32,000 nt of DNA from Candidatus Saccharimonadota bacterium. Lineage in GTDB: Bacteria; Patescibacteriota; Saccharimonadia; Saccharimonadales; UBA4665. A model generated the notes under the pieces. That model was not told the DNA's origin. It made no database searches and worked only from the letters and a program-made list of their open reading frames with translations. Positions 24,442 through 30,764 of the stretch are shown piece after piece. The position numbers and the translations under genes were made by a program. Within the stretch, counting starts at the first letter, position 1, and each line of letters begins with the position of its first letter. The DNA lies in the NCBI GenBank assembly GCA_963716945.1, contig OY970322.1, positions 180,001 through 212,000 on the forward strand, in the 5' to 3' direction.

Positions 24442-25329
24442 ATGAGTGAAGCTTTGCTGGACCTACAAACTGTACCTATTGAGAGGTATCCGTTGATACG
24501 CGTAGTCCGTCATACCCCGTTTGCTTTCTGCGGCTTTGGTATTGACGCCGAAACTTCTGACCCTGTTTTCATAAAGGCTAGAGACCCTGAATTCAGGGAT
24601 AGTGGTTTGCGGCTAAGTCGGGAAGCCGATATATTAGGACAATTTTCCCATCCGCAAATTCCGCGATTGGTTGAAGACGGTACTGCCGAGTCTCAAGAAG
24701 TGCCTTACCTAGTTTCAGAGTTCAAAGGGGGCAGTCTTTATCCCGAACGGTGGCTCGCGGCCTATCCTTATCCGCGTTTAGCGGCGCAAATTTGCCTGTC
24801 GGCCCTACAGCCCTTGGCCTACAGTCATGATAGGGATATTCTGCACCGTGATGTCAAAGCCGGTAACCTAACCATGAAGTTTAATGGCGAAGCCGCCCTA
24901 CTTGATTTTGAACTTGGCATAAATGGTAACGTCCATGGCGCTTTAGATCAAGATAGGCCAGGCGTGGCGACAGGGGAGAGTAGGATTACCAGTTCTGGTG
25001 AAGTGTTGGGCACGGCTGATTACATATCACCGGAACGAGCTCGCGGAGAACTGGGAACGGCCCGGAGTGATATTTACTCCATGGGGGTAGTCCTCTACAA
25101 GCTTCTCTACGGCAAGCTACCTTTTACGGCAGGACTCGACATAGTGGTTGCTAGAAAACATTGTTTTATGGATATCGATCTAGCCGATACGGATCGAGAT
25201 ATTCCGGAAGCGCTGACGGCAGTTATAGAGACTGCTACCCAAAAGGAACCAAAGCACCGCTACGGTTCGGCCGGCGAGATGGGCGAGGCGATTGAACGGT
25301 TTCTGCGGGACGAGGCGCCGGGAGTTTAG
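24442..25329 (+). CDS. Hanks-type Ser/Thr protein kinase, kinase domain only (295 aa, no TM or sensor domain)
   Basis: HRDVKAGN with Asp137 (24850-24852), DFE in place of DFG with Asp155 (24904-24906), and an activation-segment end GTADYISPE. Also VFIKA (beta3 Lys), SREADIL (alphaC Glu) and DIYSMGVVLYKLLYGKLPF. GGGAG SD lies upstream. It starts 44 nt after groEL with no terminator. GC is about 43-53% in sampled lines. Confidence 0.85.
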   Translation: MSEALLDLQTVPIERYPLIRVVRHTPFAFCGFGIDAETSDPVFIKARDPEFRDSGLRLSREADILGQFSHPQIPRLVEDGTAESQEVPYLVSEFKGGSLYPERWLAAYPYPRLAAQICLSALQPLAYSHDRDILHRDVKAGNLTMKFNGEAALLDFELGINGNVHGALDQDRPGVATGESRITSSGEVLGTADYISPERARGELGTARSDIYSMGVVLYKLLYGKLPFTAGLDIVVARKHCFMDIDLADTDRDIPEALTAVIETATQKEPKHRYGSAGEMGEAIERFLRDEAPGV

Positions 25330-25979
25330 CCGTCTTCGGGTTCGGGCTGTTCGTCGTGCGGGTTGGTGAAGTAGTTGACTTCGTTGATGATGTCCATCAG
25401 GGCTTGGGCGCGGGCTGATTCGTCCTCGATAGAGTGGGCGGCGACGTAGGCGGCTTTGACCAGTTCCTGGTTGTCGCTGGCCTGGATCATCATCATGATG
25501 GTACGGAATTTCTCCTCGGGCGGCAGGTCCAGCTTGTCGATTATCGGGATTAGCTCGTCGAGGGCCTTGTTCTTGATGTCGATTAGCTCTTCGTTGGCCG
25601 GGCTGTCATTGTCGTCTTTGGGGGCCTGGGTATCGCTTGAGGAAATCGAGGGTACCGGGTACTGGTAAGTCGGCTTCTTGGGGAAACCGCCGGCCGGTGA
25701 AATTATATCCTTGATCGGCTCTTTGCTGCCGCCCAGCGGCGTGCCGGGGTGCTGCCACGGCTGCTCCTCGGCCACGGGTGCTGCCGGGTCGCCGGAAGGC
25801 GTGTCGATTGAAACGGCGTCCGGATCCGGGGTTGCCGACGAAGCCGGGGCTATGCTGGGTACTATGGCGGCCGCTTGGGACTGGTCGTCCGCCTCGCTCA
25901 ATGCCCCCTGGATTGACTCGTCCGAAATAGCGTTGCTGTCTTGCTGCGCTGGCTGATTATCGTCCTGGTGCCCAAACAT
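25326..25979 (-). CDS. Hypothetical acidic protein with a disordered N-terminal half and a helical C-terminal domain
   Basis: 217-aa ORF. The low-complexity D/E/P/S-rich N-terminus is followed by a helical region (EEKFRTIMMMIQASDNQELVKAAYVAAH). Its stop codon overlaps the kinase stop codon. Confidence 0.6.
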   Translation of the reverse strand: MFGHQDDNQPAQQDSNAISDESIQGALSEADDQSQAAAIVPSIAPASSATPDPDAVSIDTPSGDPAAPVAEEQPWQHPGTPLGGSKEPIKDIISPAGGFPKKPTYQYPVPSISSSDTQAPKDDNDSPANEELIDIKNKALDELIPIIDKLDLPPEEKFRTIMMMIQASDNQELVKAAYVAAHSIEDESARAQALMDIINEVNYFTNPHDEQPEPEDG

Positions 25980-26057
25980 ATTCCCCCTAAAAACGCTTTA
26001 TCTTAGGCTATACTATATACAACCTGACGCTAAAAGCACAAGAGATTTGGAGGGCAC

Positions 26058-27086
26058 ATGCTGGACGACTTAAAAATGATTCACGAACGGGACGCCGCCG
26101 ATACGCTAGGCATCGCCGAGCGCCAATGGCAGCAGCTGGGCTACAAGTTTGAAACCTCTCAGCAGCCGGTCGAGGCCGACAATATAATCTATGCCGGCAT
26201 GGGCGGTTCGGCCCTGGCGGCGGTGCTGAGCGTCAGCTGGCCCGGTTACGGCGTGCCTTTCCAGGTCGTGCGCGACTATGATATCCCGGCTTATGTTTCG
26301 GACAAGACTTATTTCATAGCAGCCAGCTACTCGGGCAATACCGAAGAGACGATCAGCGCTCTTGAGCAGGCCGAGGCCAAGGGCGCCCACATTGCCGTTA
26401 TCGCCGGCGGCGGCAAACTGGCCGAATTGGCCCGGGCCAAGGGCTACCCGTTGGCCGTTTTGCCCAAGGCCGAGCAGCCGCGCTACGCGGTGTTTTATAA
26501 CTTGAAGGCCCTGCTGGTCCTGCTGCACCAAGCCGGCCTGTCAGACGGCAGCGCCATCAGAGAGCTGGAGAGTGCGGCAGACTTCTTGAAAAACGCCGCC
26601 GCGGCCTGGACCGCGACCGTGCCGACCGACAAGAACCAGGCCAAACAAATAGCCCAGGAAGTTATCGGCAAATCGGCCGTAGTTTACGGCGGCCCCAAGC
26701 TGGCACCGGCGGCTTACAAGTGGAAAATCAGTTTCAACGAGAACGCCAAGCAGGTAGCTTGGACCAATCAGTACCCGGAATTCAACCACAACGAGTTTAT
26801 GGGCTGGACCAAACAGCCGGTGCAGAAGCCGTACGCCGTTATTGATCTGCGCAGCAACCTGGAACATCCGCGCGTCCAGAAACGTTTCGAAGTCAGCGAG
26901 CGGCTGCTCTCCGGCATGCGGCCGGCGCCGATTGTCGTGCAGGCCGAAGGCGAGACTTTGCTTGAACAGCTGCTTTGGACGATTGCGCTCGGCGATTTCG
27001 TAACCATTTATACGGCGTTGCTGAACGGCTTGAACCCGGCGCCGGTGGATCTGATCGAGAAGTTTAAGAAATCCCTGGACGAATAA
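26058..27086 (+). CDS. Bifunctional phosphoglucose/phosphomannose isomerase (SIS-domain, archaeal-type PGI/PMI)
   Basis: GMGGSALAA SIS loop, SYSGNTEET, a ~340-aa length and a C-terminal region typical of the PGI/PMI family. GGAGGG SD lies upstream. Confidence 0.8.
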   Translation: MLDDLKMIHERDAADTLGIAERQWQQLGYKFETSQQPVEADNIIYAGMGGSALAAVLSVSWPGYGVPFQVVRDYDIPAYVSDKTYFIAASYSGNTEETISALEQAEAKGAHIAVIAGGGKLAELARAKGYPLAVLPKAEQPRYAVFYNLKALLVLLHQAGLSDGSAIRELESAADFLKNAAAAWTATVPTDKNQAKQIAQEVIGKSAVVYGGPKLAPAAYKWKISFNENAKQVAWTNQYPEFNHNEFMGWTKQPVQKPYAVIDLRSNLEHPRVQKRFEVSERLLSGMRPAPIVVQAEGETLLEQLLWTIALGDFVTIYTALLNGLNPAPVDLIEKFKKSLDE

Positions 27087-27088
27087 CC

Positions 27089-27535
27089 ATGGCCGTCGAC
27101 CCGCAAATCCCGCACTTTGACCCAAGCTCCTTCAGCAACGAGCCTTACGTTAAGCGGCTTGAAAAGCCCTGGGGCTACGAGCTGCACTGGGTTGCCGCCG
27201 ATGCTCCGTACATGGGCAAAGTCCTGCACGTTAACGCCGGCGCCCGCCTCAGTCTGCAAATCCACGACAAGAAACAGGAAAGCTGGCTGGTTATGAACGG
27301 CCGGGCAGCCGTCATATGGGAAAACGACAAGGGCGAACTCGTCCAGACCGAACTGCAGCCGGGGCAGGGCTATAGCACCCGGGTCGGCCAACGGCATCGC
27401 CTGGTCGGCGTGACCGATTGCGACATCATAGAAGTATCGACTCCCGAACTTGGCACCACCTGGCGCCTGGAGGATGACTATTCGCGGCCGCACGAAACGC
27501 CCGATCAGCGCGAGCTGGAACGCTGCGCCGACTAG
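27089..27535 (+). CDS. Cupin-domain protein, mannose-6-phosphate isomerase type II C-terminal-like
   Basis: KPWGYELHW...GKVLHVNAGARLSLQIHDKKQESWLVMNG matches the cupin PMI pattern (PWG, SlQxH, E-W). It starts 2 nt after the PGI/PMI stop. Confidence 0.7.
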   Translation: MAVDPQIPHFDPSSFSNEPYVKRLEKPWGYELHWVAADAPYMGKVLHVNAGARLSLQIHDKKQESWLVMNGRAAVIWENDKGELVQTELQPGQGYSTRVGQRHRLVGVTDCDIIEVSTPELGTTWRLEDDYSRPHETPDQRELERCAD

Positions 27536-27595
27536 CCGGAAATATACAATACGCCTATGCTTGCGTATATGTAAACATACTGATATAAGTTAGGC

Positions 27596-27745
27596 ATGAA
27601 ATTGTTCCTGGTGCTCGGAGTCCTGCTTTTTGCCTACGCTTATTTCCTGATGCACACCACTGACGCGGTACTGGCCCAGACCAGGCAGCTCAACTCGGCT
27701 TACCAGTCGGTGGTCAAAAACGCCGGCGCAATCGCCGGCCAGTAA
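27596..27745 (+). CDS. Small hypothetical membrane/secreted protein (49 aa), absent from the ORF track
   Basis: Translation is MKLFLVLGVLLFAYAYFLMHTTDAVLAQTRQLNSAYQSVVKNAGAIAGQ. Extended -10 TGATATAAG (27581-27589) lies 6 nt before the ATG. Confidence 0.45.
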   Translation: MKLFLVLGVLLFAYAYFLMHTTDAVLAQTRQLNSAYQSVVKNAGAIAGQ

Positions 27746-27763
27746 TTGTATAATTAGAACGGT

Positions 27764-28453
27764 ATGAGTACCTGGCGGTTAGCCCGCACGCAGTTTATTG
27801 TCGCTTTGGGAATTTCCACGCTAATCAGCGTCGGGTTGTTCGCTTATGGGGCCTGGCGCAACAGCAGCTTCGAATATGACTATCTGGTTTGGAATTTGTT
27901 TCTGGCCTGGTTGCCGCTGGTGTTTGCGGTCCGGCTGATCTCGCTGTTGAGACATAAGCTGTGGTCCAGCTGGGAAGGTCTGGCCGTCAGCACGCTGTGG
28001 CTGGTTTTCCTGCCCAATAGCTTCTACATGATCAGCGACTTTATCCATTTGCAGGAAGTGCAGCGGGTCGACGTGCTCTATGACGCGGTGATGTTTACTT
28101 CGTTTATATATACCGGTGTGGTGCTTGGTTTCAGCAGTCTTTATTTGATCCATATCCAGTTGCGGCGGCGCTTGTCGCCGGCCGGTGCCGCGGGGTGGAT
28201 CATGGCTACGCTGCTGGTCTGCAGCGCGGCCGTCTATGTCGGCCGCGATCTGCGCTGGAACAGCTGGGATCTGCTGACTAATCCGGGCGGCTTGCTGTTT
28301 GACATATCGGACCGGCTGCAGCACCCGGCGGCCTATCCGCAGATGCTCGTGACGATTATTACCTTTTTCATCCTGTTGGCCACTATGTATAACCTGCTAT
28401 GGCGCGGCTCGCGGTTGCTGCGGCCGCCGCAGGCGGGTTTGCGTCAAAACTAA
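27764..28453 (+). CDS. DUF1361-family integral membrane protein
   Basis: WNLFLAWLPL, FLPNSFYMISDFIHL and RWNSWDLLTNP segments match my recollection of DUF1361. About 6 TM spans. Confidence 0.7.
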   Translation: MSTWRLARTQFIVALGISTLISVGLFAYGAWRNSSFEYDYLVWNLFLAWLPLVFAVRLISLLRHKLWSSWEGLAVSTLWLVFLPNSFYMISDFIHLQEVQRVDVLYDAVMFTSFIYTGVVLGFSSLYLIHIQLRRRLSPAGAAGWIMATLLVCSAAVYVGRDLRWNSWDLLTNPGGLLFDISDRLQHPAAYPQMLVTIITFFILLATMYNLLWRGSRLLRPPQAGLRQN

Positions 28454-28467
28454 AGTTATAGTATCGT

Positions 28468-28548
28468 ATGGTCATGCATGCATTAATTACATCGGTTGCA
28501 GTTATCCGCCGCGGCTCGCGTACTCCCGGGAGCTGCCCCTGTAATTAG
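28468..28548 (+). CDS. Candidate arginine-codon leader peptide (26 codons) of the argH-argF operon
   Basis: Translation is MVMHALITSVAVIRRGSRTPGSCPCN with a TAG stop. Arg codons are CGC CGC (28507-28512) and CGT (28519-28521). TATAGT (28457-28462) lies 5 nt upstream of the ATG. The 3' end overlaps the antiterminator arm. Confidence 0.45.
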   Translation: MVMHALITSVAVIRRGSRTPGSCPCN

Positions 28549-28579
28549 TGCGTAAATAAGGTTCCAAGGCAGCTCCCGG
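28526..28579 (+). promoter_or_regulatory. Candidate antiterminator pairing of the arg attenuator
   Basis: CCGGGAGCTGCC (28526-28537) is perfectly complementary over 12 bp to GGCAGCTCCCGG (28568-28579). The 3' arm includes the entire 5' arm of the downstream terminator hairpin. Confidence 0.5.
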
Positions 28580-28592
28580 AAGGGAGCTTTTT
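28571..28592 (+). terminator. Intrinsic terminator hairpin upstream of argH (attenuator terminator)
   Basis: AGCTCCC-GGAA-GGGAGCT (7 bp, GNRA-like loop) is followed by TTTT (28589-28592). It ends 23 nt before ATG 28615 of argH (SD GAGAGGA lies in between). Confidence 0.6.
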
Positions 28593-28614
28593 AAATTAAC
28601 GAGAGGAATGAGAT

Positions 28615-29811
28615 ATGAGTAAGTTATGGCAAGAAGATAACGCGGTAAACCTGAATCCGCTGGTCGAGGCCTATACCGTCGGTGACGACTACCGGCAGGA
28701 CCAGCAGCTGCTGGGCTATGATATCCGGGCCAGCCGGGCGCATGCGGCGATGCTGCGGTCCATCGGCGTGCTTAGCGGCCGAGAGCTGGCGCAGCTACAG
28801 AGCGCACTCGACGAGCTTATGCGTCTGTGGCAGGCCGGAGATTTCGTCATTGAGCGGCATCAGGAAGACGGCCATACGGCAATTGAGCAGTACTTGACCG
28901 AGAAGCTGGGCGACGCCGGCAAAAAGCTGCACACCGGCCGGAGCCGGAACGACCAGGCGGCCGTCATGATGCGGCTCTACCTGAAAGATAATCTGGCTCA
29001 AACCGCCGCGCTGACGACCAAGCTGGCGGCCGCGTTTGCCGCCGCTGCCCGGAAGGCCGGCCAGACGCCGATGCCGGGCTACACGCACATGCAAAAGGCC
29101 ATGCCGACGACGGTCGCCATCTGGCTGAACTCGTTCGCCGACGGTTTTTCGGATTCACGCAAAATCCTCGAGTCAACGCTCGAAGTAATTGACCAGAATC
29201 CCCTAGGTTCGGCGGCCGGTTTCGGCGTGTCGGTCGGTATTGACCGCGAGCATACGACCAAAGCTCTGGGCTTCGCCCGGACCCAGAAAAACACCATGTA
29301 CTGCGGCCTGTCCAGGAGCCTGTTCGAGCTGCTGGCGGTCCAGGCGCTGACGCCTTTGATGGTGCTGGCCGGCAAATTCGCCCAGGACATGCTGCTGTTC
29401 ACGACCGAAGAGTTCGGTTTCTTCAGGTTGCCGGAGTCGTTCACGACCGGGTCGTCGATCATGCCGCACAAGCACAATTACGACCTGTTTGAAGTGATGC
29501 GGGGGAACGCCCATTCGTTTACTTCTTACACGGGGCAGCTGCAGGCCATATCGGTCGGTATGGGCAGCGGTTACCAGCGGGATTTGCAATTGACTAAAAG
29601 TACCACGCTGCAGGCTTTCGGCATCGCTAAGGCAACGCTCGAAATTCTGGCCGCCGCGGTCGAAGCCCTTAAGCTTAACAAGGCCAGGCTGGAGGCCGCG
29701 ATCACGCCGGAAATGCTGAGCGTCACGGCCATTAACGAACTGGTCGAGCAGGGGATGCCGTTTCGCGACGCCTATAACCGGGTAAAATTGGAACTCCACA
29801 AACTGGACTAA
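28615..29811 (+). CDS. argH: Argininosuccinate lyase (short form, 398 aa)
   Basis: TGRSRNDQ and the fumarate-lyase signature GSSIMPHKHNYD. The N-terminus aligns with ArgH. The protein ends about 10 aa after FRDAYNRV, so the usual C-terminal extension is missing. Confidence 0.9.
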   Translation: MSKLWQEDNAVNLNPLVEAYTVGDDYRQDQQLLGYDIRASRAHAAMLRSIGVLSGRELAQLQSALDELMRLWQAGDFVIERHQEDGHTAIEQYLTEKLGDAGKKLHTGRSRNDQAAVMMRLYLKDNLAQTAALTTKLAAAFAAAARKAGQTPMPGYTHMQKAMPTTVAIWLNSFADGFSDSRKILESTLEVIDQNPLGSAAGFGVSVGIDREHTTKALGFARTQKNTMYCGLSRSLFELLAVQALTPLMVLAGKFAQDMLLFTTEEFGFFRLPESFTTGSSIMPHKHNYDLFEVMRGNAHSFTSYTGQLQAISVGMGSGYQRDLQLTKSTTLQAFGIAKATLEILAAAVEALKLNKARLEAAITPEMLSVTAINELVEQGMPFRDAYNRVKLELHKLD

Positions 29812-29845
29812 CGCGGATGCCATATATCTGTTATTCTAGGAATAG

Positions 29846-30751
29846 ATGAGACATGTTATTTCGATAACCGACCTTTCGGCCGACGAAATCAAGTCGGTCG
29901 TCAAATCGGCAATCGACCTTAAGGCCGCCTTGAAGGACCCGTCTAAACGGCCCGACCGGCCGTTGAGCGGCCAGAGCATGGCGATGATCTTTGATAAGTC
30001 CAGTCTGCGGACCAGGCTGTCGTTCGAAGTCGGCATGACCCAGCTTGGCGGCCACGCTGTTTACCTGGCACCCGAGGACATCAAGCTCGGCGTACGTGAA
30101 ACCGTCCACGACACGGCGATTGTCATCGGCAGCATGGCCGACGTAATCATGGCCCGGGTTTCCAGCCATGAGGCGGTACAAGAGCTGGCCGAGTACTCCA
30201 AGGTACCGGTCATCAACGGCATGACCGACCTGGAGCACCCGTGCCAGGTACTGGCCGACCTGCAAACTATCTATGAGCGGTTCGGCACTTTCGAAGGCAT
30301 TAGGATGGCTTATTTAGGCGATGCTGACAACAATGTCACTAATTCGCTGGCCCTGGCGGCCGGCCTGCTGGGCATGGAAATGAGTATTGCCGCCCCCAAA
30401 GGCTACGAACTTTCGCCGGACATCGCCGCTAGAGCCGGCCGGTTGTCGCAATTTGATAATCCACAGGCGGCCGTCAAAGGGGCCCAGGTAGTCGTGACCG
30501 ACACTTGGGTCAGCATGGGCAAAGAGACCGAACGCGCCGAACGGCTTAAAGACCTGTCGCCGTTCCAGGTTAATCAGGAACTGATGGCTCTGGCCGACAA
30601 AAAAGCTATCTTCATGCACTGCCTGCCGGCTTACCGCGGCAAAGAAATGACCGCCGAAGTCATTGACGGTCCCCAGTCGGCCGTGTTCGCCGAAGCCGAA
30701 AACCGCATGCATGCCGAAAAGGCCTTGCTGCTGTACGTGCTGGCCCCCTAA
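29846..30751 (+). CDS. argF: Ornithine carbamoyltransferase
   Basis: SLRTRLSFE (SxRTR), HPCQVLADL, DTWVSMG (the ornithine-binding DxxxSMG) and HCLPAYRG. 301 aa. Confidence 0.9.
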   Translation: MRHVISITDLSADEIKSVVKSAIDLKAALKDPSKRPDRPLSGQSMAMIFDKSSLRTRLSFEVGMTQLGGHAVYLAPEDIKLGVRETVHDTAIVIGSMADVIMARVSSHEAVQELAEYSKVPVINGMTDLEHPCQVLADLQTIYERFGTFEGIRMAYLGDADNNVTNSLALAAGLLGMEMSIAAPKGYELSPDIAARAGRLSQFDNPQAAVKGAQVVVTDTWVSMGKETERAERLKDLSPFQVNQELMALADKKAIFMHCLPAYRGKEMTAEVIDGPQSAVFAEAENRMHAEKALLLYVLAP

Positions 30752-30764
30752 TAGGTTCTGGTTC

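Noticed and set aside
28470-28495. An ArgR/AhrC ARG box in the argH upstream region (TGCATGCATTAATTACA).
   Set aside because: It only loosely resembles the TGAAT-N4-ATTCA core, and no second tandem box was found. The attenuator structures explain the region better, though a repressor site cannot be excluded.
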